The position numbers and the translations under genes were made by a program. A stretch of DNA of 64,000 bases from Azolla caroliniana (lineage: Eukaryota; Plantae; Polypodiophyta). The stretch lies in contig JBHGNT010000004.1 in NCBI GenBank assembly GCA_043228905.1, forward strand, positions 13,020,001 to 13,084,000, written 5' to 3'. The notes under the pieces were generated by a model that had not been told where the DNA came from, searched no databases, and worked only from the letters and a program-made list of their open reading frames with translations. This document shows, in pieces, positions 23,401 to 35,900 of the stretch (positions within the stretch are counted from its first letter, which is position 1; each line of letters opens with the position of its first letter).

Positions 23401-26400
23401 ATCATGGCGATGTAAAGATAGGTGATAGTGGAGAGTGCAAGATAACCGGAGTCGGAAGTGTGTGCTTAACGACGTTGACAGGGTGTCAACTAACATTGAA
23501 GGATGTTCGATATGTCCCCGATATCAGATTAAATCTGATATCAACTAGAAGGCTTGATGACAAAGGCTATAGTGGCAGCTTTTAGAATGGTAAGTGGAAG
23601 TTCTGCCGAGGAAATCTCATAGTGGCCCGAGCACAGAAAGAAGGCACATTGTACATGATGCATGCCCGATTGTGCAAATCGGAAGTAAACATGGTAGCCG
23701 ACTCGGCAGGGGGAGATATGGCATAAGAGGCTAGGCCACATGAGGGAGAAGGGAATGCACATGTTAGCTAACCAGAAACTTCTGCCAGAAGTCAAGGGAG
23801 TACACCTAGAGAAGTGTGTCGATAGCTTAGCCGGAAAGCAGAACAGGGCGGCATTCCACTGAGACCACTGAGGATAATAGAAGTTGCACTGGAACTTGTG
23901 CACACGGATGTGTGCTATGTGGATGCCCCATCGCATCCAGGAGGACAGTACTTCATGACATTCATTGACGACCATAGTCGGAAGACATGGGCCTTCGTAC
24001 TAAAGACAAAGGATCAAGTACTGTTGATTTTCAAGGAAGTCCAGGCAAGAACCGAAAGAGAGTCGGGTCGGAAACTGAAGGTTGTCCGAACCGACAATGG
24101 TGGCAAATACAAAGGGCAGTTCGAAGAATACTGCAAGTGCCAAGGTATTCGGATTGAATACACAGTGCCAAAGACCCCAAAGTTGAACGGGCTTGCAAAG
24201 AGGATGAATTGAACAATCATGGAGAGAGTAAGGAGCATGCTCTCTTATGCGAAACTGCCGAAATCGTATTGGGCTGAGGCATTGTACAGAACTGTTTATC
24301 TGATACACAGGTCTCCCTCAGTGCCATTAAAGGGTGATATCCCACAGAGGGTGTGGATAGGGAAGGATGTCTCTTACCAACACCTGAGGGTGTTTGGATG
24401 TTTGGCATATATGCATGTACCAAAGGATCAGAGGTCAAAGCTTGACAACAAGTCAAAAGCATGCATATTCATGGGATACTTGGAAGATGAGTTCGGCTAC
24501 AGGTTATGGGACATAGTCGACAAGAAGGTAGTGAGAAGTCGGGATGTAGTCTTTCTAGAAGACAAGACAATTGAAGACTGGAAGCAACAGAAGTCGGAAC
24601 CGACTCCCCAGTCAACCTCGACTACCATCGTCTTAAGGCCAAGTGAGTCGTCACCGACAGCTGTAAGGAGACAGCTGGACGACAGAGCCGAATCCAAGTC
24701 GGTTGACTCGGAAAGACCGACAGATTATGAGTCAGAGTCGGCAGACCTGCTAAAATCAATTGAGGAATATGAGTTGGATTTGTCCAACTTGGAGATACCG
24801 ATTGATGAGCAAAATCCCGAGCAAAGAGAAGAGTTGGCAGAGACATCCAGAAAATAGCCAACAACGAGTGGACGAAGGTACCCACTCAGAGAAACGAAGG
24901 CACCGATTACATATGGCAGTCAATACATCCTCTTGACTGATGACGGTGAACCAAAGTTCTATGAAGAAGCCATTGCCGACGAGAGCAAAGAAAAATGGTT
25001 GAATGCGATGCAAGAGGAGATGGAATCTTTGCACGCGAATTACACCTACGACCTAGTAGAGCTGCCGAAAGGTAAGACAGCACTCAGGAATAAGTGGGTC
25101 TACAAGGTGAAGACTGGAGAAGTCGACAACGAGCCTAGGTATAAAGCTCGCATAGTGGTGAAGGGTTTCCATCAGGGGAAGGGCGTCAACTTTGACGAAA
25201 TATCCGCACCAGTCATGAAGATGACATCCATACGAACTGTTCTGAGCATAGCGGCCAACATGGACCTGGAGATCGAACAATTGGATGTCAAAACTGCATT
25301 TCTACAAGGGGAGTTGGACGAAGAAATCTACATGCAACAATCTGAAGGTTTTGAGGAGAAAGGGAAAAAGAATCTGATGTGTTGACTGAGGAAAAGCTTG
25401 TACGGATTAAAACAAGCTCCATGCCAATGGTACAAGAAATTCGAGTCCTTCATGGTGGAACATCAATTCCAGAAAACACAGGCCGATCACTGTGTATTCG
25501 TCAAAAGGTACGAAGAAGGAGATTTCTTGATTCTCTTGCTATATGTTGATAATATGTTGATAGTCGGTCAAGACACAAGGAATATTGGAAGCTTGAAGAA
25601 AGCTCTCGGCAAATCATTTGCCATGAAATAGCTTGGATCGGCAAAGAAAATCCTAGGAATGCACATAACCCAAGACAGAGCTCGGAAGGCACTATGGTTG
25701 TCACAACAGAAGTATGTGATGAAGATCCTAGAGAGATTCAACATGTCAGATGCAAAGCCAGTCGGCTCCGTGTTGCCGACAAATTGTAGATTGAATGCAA
25801 AGCAGTGTCCGAAAGGGCAAAAGGAAAAGGTTGAGATGAAGAAGGTACCATATGCCTTAGCCGTCGGCACTCTAATGTATGCTATGGTCTGTACGAGACC
25901 GGACATAGCATTTGTTGTAGGATCAGTAAGCCGATATATGAGTAATCCAGGGAGAGAACACTGGGCAGCGGTGAAATGGATACTCAGGTACGTAAAGGGC
26001 ACCTCGGGGGTGTGTCTAAGGTATGGTCGGAAAACCTATGCTTGAAGGTTTTACCAATTCAGACATGTCAGGAGATGTCAACTCGAGCTGATCCATGTTA
26101 GGGTATGTGATGACCTATGTAGGGGGAGCAGTGTCGTGGCAGTCACGACTGCTGAAGTCTGTAGCCTTGTTGACTACAGAGGCAGAGTATATGGCAGCGC
26201 TAGAAGCCGGAAAAGAGATGATTTGGATGAGAAATTTTCTCACCAAACTAGGCATGAAGCAAAAGGATTTCTTGCTGACTCTGACAGCCAAAGCGCCATA
26301 CACCTAGCCAAGAACGCGACATACCACTCCCAGACCAAGCACATATAGAGAAGGTATCACTACTTGCGGAGAGAGTCGAAGATGGAGAGTTTTCTCTTGT

Positions 26401-27423
26401 GAAGATCCATACTGACGACAATGGATCCGACATGCTGACGAAGAACCCAACTATGGACAGACTCGGAGTCTGTCGACAAAATACAGGACTGACAGATTCC
26501 CCCCCCCCAACAAGAGTGAAGGGGGATTTTGTTGGGAATATATCCCTCCAGTGGGAGGATGATCTGACTGTTCAGAAAGCCTACAATCGAAGAGTCAGAA
26601 AACAGGAGCTGAGTTGATGAGGAACCGGAATCGTGTAAATAGCCAACTCGGGAGACTATATTTGTAAATAGTCTAAGTGTGCGCCCCATGAGGGCTACGT
26701 ATGTAAATAGCCAAAAAAGTTGTGTAGGTATATATATGCAACTAGGGCAAACTTTATGTGTGATGAATAGTACAGAAATTGGTTGCAAGAGAGCGTGAGA
26801 GAGAGTGTGTGTGAGTCGTGCCATAGCTATGTCCGTAACAGTAGGTACAAGAGCCCTGTGTGGCTGAAGCACTCGTGAAAGAGTGTTGTATCATCTCTGT
26901 ATTGTATATCCACTATTCATATAGTGAAGAATCTATTCACCCGTGGTTTTCCCCGCTTTAGGGTTTCCACGTTGTCGTGAAGATTCGTCACTACGTGCGG
27001 ATCGCGAGGCGGAATCGCCGGGGTTCTAGACCAGAAGGATTAGAAGTTTGCACAAGCTTTAGCGAGAAAGTACTTAAGATAGATTGAAAGAGAGAGAGAT
27101 TGATATAAGATAGAACGCTTGATTTTAGATTGAGAGAACAAGGTATATCATCAAAGGGATCACAAATTTTCTTCTTAATATTAATTTTGATTTAAAGTAC
27201 AAAGCTCTTGATAAGAATTTTACATTCCCCTTTCATCTTTCTCCCCTCCTCTTTTATAGATGCCCTCATGCATTTGAGGGTACAAGACATGCATAAAATG
27301 CATGTTTGCCATTTGGCGTTCATGTATTACATGTGGTGCATGATAAGCATGTCACTCATTTTAGCTCTCATGTATGAGAATTTACATGTAAAGTTATAAT
27401 GATAAAAATATAATATCTAAAGA

Positions 27424-27500
27424 AATGGTTTGGCTTAATGGTAAGCCTAATGCTTCCTGGCTTGGAGGTGTTAAGTTCGAGTCTTGCTTACATCTTTTTC
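27424..27500 (+). ncRNA. tRNA-like / putative Pol III unit within an E LTR (second copy ~31501-31580)
   Basis: A box TGGCTTAATGG 27431-27441; B box AGTTCGAGTC 27474-27483; D stem GGCTT/AAGCC; T-runs directly downstream. Acceptor and anticodon stems are poor. Confidence 0.5.
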
Positions 27501-28847
27501 TTTTATGCACAAAATACTATTAGGCTTTTGGAACAAACATCTTTAAGACACCATGCACTGCAATCAACCGACCCGACCGATCCGTCTGATTTGAATCCAT
27601 TTGGTCTGGCCCAGTCCACATCCTGAGTCGCTTGCCGATCACCGGTCGGTCGCCCGATGCTGTTGGGTCACCGGCTCCGCCGCTAGTTGCTGGGTCCATC
27701 GTCGATTGCCTCCGGCTCACCGTCTCCGGCTCACCATATCCCCTGTCATTTGCCGCCGGCTCACCAAATCCGTTGTCGTTTGCCGCCGGCTCACTGGCTC
27801 CGTCGTCGGATGCCGCAAGTTACCGTCGGTTACCATCCTCGGTTACCGTCGGTTACCATCGGTTGCCGGATCGCCGATCACTAGTTGTCGGATGCATCCG
27901 GTCACCGATTTCCGGCTCAATCTGGTTCTATCGTCAACCGGTTTGAGTTTCTTCACCAACCGGTTCGGGCACTTAGCCAGATCTGGCGACTTAGCCAACT
28001 ATGTCCATCTAGACAAAAATGGCTCAAGTCCAACTATTTCTTATGTGCTCTCAACACATACATGAATTATGATGGATCTCAATCTGCTTATATTGTTGGG
28101 CCTAAACTTTTCCTTTCTATGTGGGATATTTCACAGTTTTATTTTTTTCTCTTTTCCTTTGCAAACTTCCTACCCACATAACTTGAGACTTAGATGTCCG
28201 TTTCTTATGTAGTAAAGGTGCATTCGAAAGCTCTTGCAGACCTCCATCTTTTTGTACTAAGATATTAAACATATTTAAAATAGTATTTTCACTATTATTG
28301 TTGTATATGATTCATACTCGATTTCGTATGTTTTATGCGATTTTCACACCATTGCCGAAAATCTTCGCGACATCCACCCCCACCAAACCGCATGTCCTCT
28401 GGTACGTGCCAAGAAGAGAGAGTGTGAGATTTCATAATGGTGATCAGTATGACTCCTCAACGTCGGGCATGTCTTTTTCTTTGTACTCGAATCATTGTTG
28501 CCATTTAATCTACTATATCATTCGTTTTTTCTTTGCTTTACCATGACTTGTTGTCATGGCCCCTTGCTCCCTTCTTGAGGATAATCGTTTAAGTCTCATG
28601 AATGTTCCACCTTCATCTCGGTCATCTCCTTGGTCACCTAACTTTCCTTTATCATCATGTCTTGTCTCATGCTTGCCATTCCTTATGCTCACTAGCCTCG
28701 ACCGGGTGTTGCGGCTCGTCTGCTTCGACCTCCATCTAGGCCGGTTCATCTTCTGTCTGTCTCGACCAATCAGCTTCTAGCTTGGTCAGCCTTTGTCCGG
28801 ATTCGCATTCGGCGAAATCGGACTCAGACAATCGACTTTCGTCCGGG

Positions 28848-30887
28848 TCAGTTTACATCCGGTTTTCGGTTGGGTCGGTCCCGGTTGATCAACTCTCGTT
28901 TGGGTCGGAATACCAACCGCGTCATCTTCCATCCGAATTGTATTCCGGTTCTTCCTTTCTTGCCGCTATCTGGCTCTTCATCGAACTCTATTGTAGCTTT
29001 GTTTTTGGCGTCCTTTTTGGCCACCGTTCCTCCGTATACACTGGCTTCGACCCTCATCTCCTCGTCGCCACCTTCCATCTCTCCGGTCTTATGTTCGCTC
29101 TCGGGCACAACTGCCGAAGTCTCAAGAACCGGTGTGGAGGGATTCCTTCGTCTGTGGCCATCCTCCTCATCGTCGTTTCGATCCTTCGATTTCTAGCCAC
29201 GACCTTCCGTCTCTTGGGTCTTACATTGGTTCTCGGACGCAATTTCCCAAGTCTCTGGAACAAGTGTGGAGAAAATTTGGCCGACGTCATTGGCGGTATT
29301 ATCTTGGTCCTTCTCTTCCTTTTCGCCACCATCCGTCTCTTGGATCTCACGTTGGTTCTCGGACGCAACTGCCCAAGTCTCTAGATGAGGTGTTGGGAAA
29401 GTCTCCACATGACCATCCGCCATCGACTCGTTCATAACCATCTCCGACTCGATGTCGTTTTTCGTGGCTATCTCTTCGATCTCTTGGGCCTCGCACCCAT
29501 TGACCCTCTTGATCGAACAAGCTTCGATCATGCTTCTCTCTTCATCGCATGTATTCGTTTCGACCTCCGGCTCCTTGCCGACACCTTCCATCTCTTGGGT
29601 CTCATGTTGGTTCTTTGATGCAACTGCCCAAGTCTCCGGAGCATGTATGGAGAAAGTCTGGTCATGGTCGTTGTCGATGCTTATTGTCTTGTTCATTGTC
29701 ACCTCCTCGATGTCGTCTTTAGCGGCTAGATCCTCAATTACACTAGCCTCACTCTCTTTATCTCTATTGATGCAAGCTTCGATTATCCTTCTCTCTTCGT
29801 CGCATGTATTCTTTTCGACCTTCGCCGCCTCGTTGACACCTTCCTTCTCTTGGGTTTCATCTTGGTCCTTTGACGCAACTACCCAAGTCTCTGGAGCATG
29901 TGTGGAGAAAATCCAGCCATGGCCGTTGTCGATGCTTGTTATCTTGTTTATAGTCACCTCCTCGATGTCGTCTTTAGCAGCTAGATCCTCAATTACACTA
30001 GCCTCACACTCTTTATCTCCATTGATGCAATCTTTGATTACGCTTGCTCCTTCATCATCCGATGTTTCGAACACGATGCATGTTCTGAAACATTCGACCT
30101 CCTTTGAAATGGCCGTCATCGTCCTCAAGTCGTCATCAATCTTCTTTTCATGTTGGATGCGTTGTTTAGGCATCTCGACTTCTTTAGATGGTTTTGCTTT
30201 CCCCACGCTCGGCCTTATCAAGTCAATGTCATCAAGCCATTAATGACGTCTGTCGATCTTGTTGCATGCTTGCTTCACCGCAACCAAGTCATCTTCGAGG
30301 AGAGTCCCCAATTCTCATCTATCCTTCATATCCACAGCCTTCAAGAAGTACAAACTTTTGTCTTCCTCAAGTAGCACTTGGTCCATGGCAGGGAGACGAC
30401 CAAACATTTGGTCAAACTCATCGTGGGTATCATCTTCGAGGAGAGTCCACAATTCTCGTCTATCCTTCATATCCACAACCTTCAAGAAGTACAAACTCTT
30501 GTCTTCCTCAAGTAGCACTTGGTCCATGGCGGGGAGACGATCAAACATCTGGTCGAACTCGTCGTATACCCTTGAGATGCTCATCTTCTTATTTTTCTTC
30601 TCTATCCATTTCATGAGGACATGTCGAGTCATCCTCGTCGAGTCTTGAGTCGTGAACTCCGCTAATACCGCTTTCTCAAACTCGGACCATGTTGTCTTAC
30701 CTTCTTGAATCCCGATGATGCGTCTTTGGATGTTGTTGGCGACCACTCTCTTGAAACTTGCGATTTGACGTGCTTTGGACATGTCCCTTTGATTCATCTC
30801 CCTTAAATATGCATCAAGGAACTTCGTAATATTGCTTCTGTCAAATTGACACTTGAGCTGAACGACACGGTCCACAACCTTCTCCAT
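28848..30887 (-). pseudogene. Gag-like ORF of E followed by an acidic repeat region
   Basis: ORF 30315-30887 aligns by eye with the gag of element I (FDRSNITKFLDAYLREM vs FSGKDATSYLASYRAEM; TWSEFE vs TWEEFE); ORF 29193-30221 has an 85-aa repeat. Confidence 0.8.
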
Positions 30888-31024
30888 GCTTGCATCGTTG
30901 TCTCAAGATCTCATCATTTGTTCGACAATCAGCATCATCCTTTCGAACTCTCCCGCTTGATTGCTCGAGGATACCATCTCCATGTATCCATTGATCCTCG
31001 ACTTGATCCTTCCTGCCACCTCTT

Positions 31025-31041
31025 TCACGTCAGGTTCACCA
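31025..31041 (-). promoter_or_regulatory. PBS of E, tRNA-Trp type
   Basis: TGGTGAACCTGACGTGA, one mismatch to the complement of the plant tRNA-Trp 3' end as I recall it (TGGTGAACCCGACGTGA). Confidence 0.8.
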
Positions 31042-32941
31042 GTTAATTATGTCGTGAAGATCTGTTACTACGAGCGGATCGCGAGGCGGAACTGCTGGGG
31101 TTCTGGACCGGAAGGATTTGAAGTTTGCACAAGCTTTAGCGAGAAAGTACTTAAGATAGATTGAAAGAGAGAGAGATTGAGATAAGATAGAACGCTTGAT
31201 TTTAGATTGAGAGAACAAGGTATATCATCAAAAGGATCACGAATTTTCTTCTTAATATTAATTTTGATTTAAAGTACAAAGCTCTTGATAAAAATTTTAC
31301 ATTCCCCTTTCATCTTTTTCCCCTCCTCTTTTATAGATACCCTCATGCATTTGAGGGTACAAGACATGCATAAAATGCATGTTTGCCATTTGGCGCTCAT
31401 GTATTACATGTGGTGCATGATAAGCATGTCACTCATTTTAGCTCTCATGTATGAGAATTTACATGTGAAGTTATAATGATAAAAATATAATCTTTAAAGA
31501 AATGGTTTGGCTTAATGGTAAGCCTAATGCTTCCTATCTTGGAGGTGTTAAGTTCAAGTCTTGCTTACATCTTTTTCTTTTATGCACAAAATACTATTAG
31601 GCTTTTGGACCAAACATCTTTAAGACACCATGCACTGCGATCAACCGACCCGACCGATCCGTCCAATTTGCATCCGTTTGGTCTGGCCCAGTCCGCATCC
31701 TGAGTCACTTGCCGGTCACCGGCTGGTCGCCCGATGCTACCGGGTCACCGGTTGTCGGCTCTATCGCTGATTGCCATCGGCTCACCATCGTCGACTCACC
31801 GTTGTCGGCTCCGTTGCCGGATGCCGCAAGTTACCGCCGGTTACAGTCCCCGGTCACCATCGGTTGCCAGATGCATCCGGTCACCGATTGCCAGCTCCAT
31901 CCAGTTTCCGGTTCTATCGTCAGCCGGTTTGAGTTTCTTCACCAACCGGTTCGGGCACTTAGCCAGATCTGGCGACTTAGCCAACTATGTCCATCTAGAC
32001 AAAAATGGCTCAAGTCCAACTATTTCTTATGTGCTCTCAACACATACATGAATTATGATGGATCTCAATCTGCTTATATTGTTGGGCCTAAACTTTTCCT
32101 TTCTATGTGGGATATTTCACAGTTTTATTTTTTTCTCTTTTCCTTTGCAAACTTCCTACCCACATAACTTGAGACTTAGATGTCCGTTTCTTATGTAGTA
32201 AAGGTGCATTCGAAAGCTCTTGCAGACCTCCATCGTTTTGTACTAAGATATTAAACATATTTAAAATAGTATTTTCACTATTATTGTTTTATATGATTCA
32301 TACTCGATTTCGTATGTTTTATGCGATTTTCACACCATTGCCAAAAATCTTCACGACAACGTAAATCTCTGTGCACCATTCGTTTTACTTGTCTTTCTGG
32401 TGCATTCTTGTGATTCGTATTTCAGCGTGTAGTTTGTGTGATTATTGTGATTAATTCTGCAACGATTTCTCAACAAGTATATGGTAGCGATAGACGCCGG
32501 TAAAGAGCTTATTTGGATGAGAAATTTTCTCAACGAATTAGGGATGAAGCAAAAGGAGTTCTTTCTTCACTGTGATAGCGAAAGCGCCATACACCTTGCC
32601 AAGAATGTTGCATAGCACTCCCGGACGATGCACATACAGAGAAGATATCACTGGTTGCAGGAGAGAGTCGATGAAGGAGAGTTTTCTCTTGTGAAGATCC
32701 ATACTGATGACAATGGATCCAACATGCTTACGAAGAACCTACCTATGGACAGACTTAGTGTCTGTCGAAAAAAGAAAGGATTGAAAGACTCCCTCCCACA
32801 GGAGTAAAGGGGAAGTTTGTTGGGAATATGTCCCTCGAGTGGGAGGAGGAGGCGACAGTCGAAGATAGGGAAGATCCGACTCTTTGGAAATAGCCGATAG
32901 TTAAAGAGTAAAAAACAGAGTCAATTGTTTTTCCTAAAGGG

Positions 32942-35900
32942 TGTTAGGAAACAGGTCCCTCCGGATGGGAAGTGAGAAGAATAGTGTTGATGAGCAAACT
33001 CGGATGTGGAGTACCCGACAACGGAAGACACGGTGAGAACCAGATGTGGTGTACCCGGCTACGGAAGATCCGGTGAGAACCGGATGTGGAGTACCCGGCA
33101 ACAGAAGACCCGGTGAGAACCGGATGTGGTGTACCCGGCTACGGAAGACCCGGTGAGAATCGGATGTGGAGTACCCGGCAACGGAAGACCCGGTGAGAAC
33201 CGGATGTACCCGGCAAGTGCCGGATGATGCAGGCCCGGTGAGGAGTGCTCACCGGATGAAGGGACATATTCGTAAATATGTTTCGAGAGTCCATCGGGGC
33301 TATATTTGTAAATAGCCGAAAAGTCATATTAGTATAAATATGACTTAGGGCAAACTTAGTATCTAGTTGTCATTCTTGTTGGTGCAAGATTAGAGCGCAT
33401 AACTGTGTACAGAGAGAGAGAGAGAGGAAGAGGTCGTTGCCTCTGTTGTAACCGCCGCCTGTGGCGAAGATAGCAAGCTTGAGGTCGTTGCCTCGGTGCT
33501 TTACTATTGTACATTCTGATATAGTGATAGTTTGCAGTCTGTGGGCTGCCGTGGTTTTTCCCTAGTTTGGGTTTTCCACGTTAACATCTTGTGTACTCTT
33601 CTCTTCGTTGTGTCGTGCGTTCATTACCCGTTTTCTGTGTTTGATTCTAGGCTCGGTTGTGGCCGAGTGTTGTTCATAGGGAGCGTGTATTCCTGTCAAA
33701 GTGGTATTAGAGCGAAACGACACAGAAAATGGATGAATCGTTGGGAGGCATGTTCAAGCTCACCGGCTCCAACTATTCGGTGTGGAATTCGAAGATGAGG
33801 GACATGCTTGTGGTTAAAGATCTTTGGTTGCCGGTTCAGTTCGGGGACAAGAGACCAGACAAAATCGACACCACGATATGGGAGGTGATGCACATGAAGA
33901 CAACGGCATACATACGGTGCTTCATCGACATGAGTCTATACAACAACTTCAATGAAAAGAGCAAGGCTCATGAGCTCTGGGAGAAGATCAACATTATGTT
34001 TTGAAACAAAAATGTTGTTAATCAAGTTTCGGTATTTCGGAAGCTAGTAAGACTCCGGTACCAAGATGACTCCAGCATGGCGGAACACATGAATGCTTTC
34101 CAAGGGCTAATCCACCAGGCAACATCATTGGAAGTACCTCTCGCCGATGAGGTACTAGCGCTGCTCCTGCTCGGTTCCCTCCCAGATAGCTGGGAGACGT
34201 TGGTTGTCACTTTGGGCAACGCCGAGCCAGAAGGGAAACAGTTATCCCTAGCAAGAGTGAAGTCGAGCTTGCTAGATGAGGAGACGCGTCGGAAAGATAA
34301 GGATACGAGCTCCGACTCCAAAGCGCTCCTTACCGAATCGGAACGCGGAAGACAAAGGAACCGTAGTCCCCAAAACCAGGAAAAGTCGGGGACATGGTCA
34401 AAGTCAAGGGAGAGGCCTACTTGCTTTTATTGTGGCAAGTCGGGGCACTTCCAGAAAAACTGTTGGCACTTCCGAAAAGACAAGGAAACCGATAGTACCG
34501 ATTCGAAGCGGACACCAGACCAGAACGGTAAAGACCGAAGGGGGAGGACCGGAAGGGAACAACGGCAATCGCGGCAAGTGAAGAAGAGTTGATGCTCATC
34601 ACCGAGGAGAGTGAGCTAAACCTTGCCGACGGCGAGATGACCTGGGTGGTCGACTCCGGAGCGTCGTTCCACCTTACCCCGGACCGGAAATGCTTCTCAT
34701 CCTAGTCAGCCGGTGATCACGGCTGTGTCCGGATGGGGAATGAAGGTACATGCCGAATTGTCGGCATAGGAGACGTGTGGTTGACAACACCAACCGGATG
34801 CAAGTTGCTGCTGAAGGATGTCCGACACTTTCCGGAGGTTCGTCTGAACCTGATATCAGCCGGTCGGCTAGATGAGGAAGGCTACATGAGTAGCATCCGG
34901 AACGGTGTTATGAAGTTCAGCAAAGGAAGCTTAATTGTGGTTCGGGCCCGGAAGGTTAACACGTTGTACCTGATGAATGCCCGGTTATGCCCGGAAGAAG
35001 TGAATGTGGCATCCGACACTGCCGGTGAGCTGTGGCACAAGAGGTTGTGTCACATGAGTGAGAAGGGGATGAAGAGGCTTGCAGACAACAACCTCTTTAT
35101 AGTGAAGAACGTGCACTTGGAGAAGTGCACTGATTGTCTGGCTGGTAAACAAAACCGGACCTCCTTCCGATCGAGGCCACCGATGAAACGTAATGCACCA
35201 CTGGAGTTGGTGCATACTAATGTATGTCAAGTGGACACAAAGTCACATGCCGGATTGCAGTATTTCGTGACATTCAGAGATGACCACAGCCGGAAGTTGT
35301 GGGCCACATCATTGAAGACGAAGGATCAGGTGCTATCCGTCTTCAAAGAGCTCCACGCGAGAGTGGAAAGAGAAACCGGCCGGAAGCTGAAGGCGGTTCG
35401 AGCAGATAACGGAGGTGAATACCGAGGGCAGTTTGAGGAGTACTGTTGCTCGAAGGGAATCCGACTCGAATTTACCGTGTCGAAGATGCTAGAACTAAAC
35501 GGGTTGGCCGAGAGAATGAACCGGACCATAATGGAGAGGGTCCGGAGTATGCTGGCGCATGAAAAATTACCCAAGAATTTTTGGGCTGAGGCGCTGTCGA
35601 CAGCGACGTATGTGATAAACAGATCACCCTTAGTGCCCTTGGATGGAGACACACCGCAGAAGGTGTGGACCGGTAAGGAAGTGTCCTACTGGCATCTGAA
35701 GGTGTTCGGGTGTCTCGCGTACGTGCATGTTGCTAAGGACCGGAGAGGAAAGTTGGATCCAAAGACCTGGCCATGCATATTCCTCGGATACGGCGATGAT
35801 GAGTTCGGCTACCGAGTGTGGGATCCGATTGACAAAAAGGCTTTCCGGAGTCGAGATATTATCTTCATGGAGGACAAGAGTCTTGCCAACTGGGAGTCGG

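Larger units (their letters stand above)
26973..32358 (-). mobile_element. Non-autonomous gag-only Ty3/Gypsy element E with long LTRs
   Basis: LTRs 26973-28372 and 31050-32358 with termini TGTCGTGAAGATT...AATCTTCACGACA; TSD ACGT 26969-26972 and 32359-32362; PBS 31025-31041; PPT complement from 28373; no pol motifs in the 2.7-kb interior. Confidence 0.92.
21965..32475 (+). mobile_element. Copia J2 nested in J1; 3' LTR interrupted by E
   Basis: 5' LTR 21965-22548; PBS TGGTATCAAAGC 22552-22563; gag/INT/RT/RH fragments 22577-26520; 3' LTR 26530-26972 plus 32363-32475; flanks TAAAG/AGTAT do not match. Confidence 0.9.
20433..32941 (+). mobile_element. Copia J1: partial 5' LTR to 20868, gag-PR to 21964, RNaseH end 32476-32817, 3' LTR from 32818 interrupted by F
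   Basis: PBS 20872-20883; gag ORF 21077-21487; WVIDSG; EYMVAIDAGKELIWM at 32476; purine tract then TGTTGGGAAT at 32818. Confidence 0.8.

Noticed and set aside
27424-27500. Functional tRNA gene
   Set aside because: Acceptor and anticodon stems do not pair convincingly; retained only as tRNA-like.
29452-30243. Ser-rich plus-strand ORF and similar antisense ORFs (e.g. 3612-4274, 43250-43990, 48573-49397)
   Set aside because: These are shadows of retroelement frames on the opposite strand.
33001-33217. Regularly spaced repeats as a CRISPR array
   Set aside because: Units are contiguous 40-bp tandem copies without unique spacers, inside a Copia LTR, with no cas genes.
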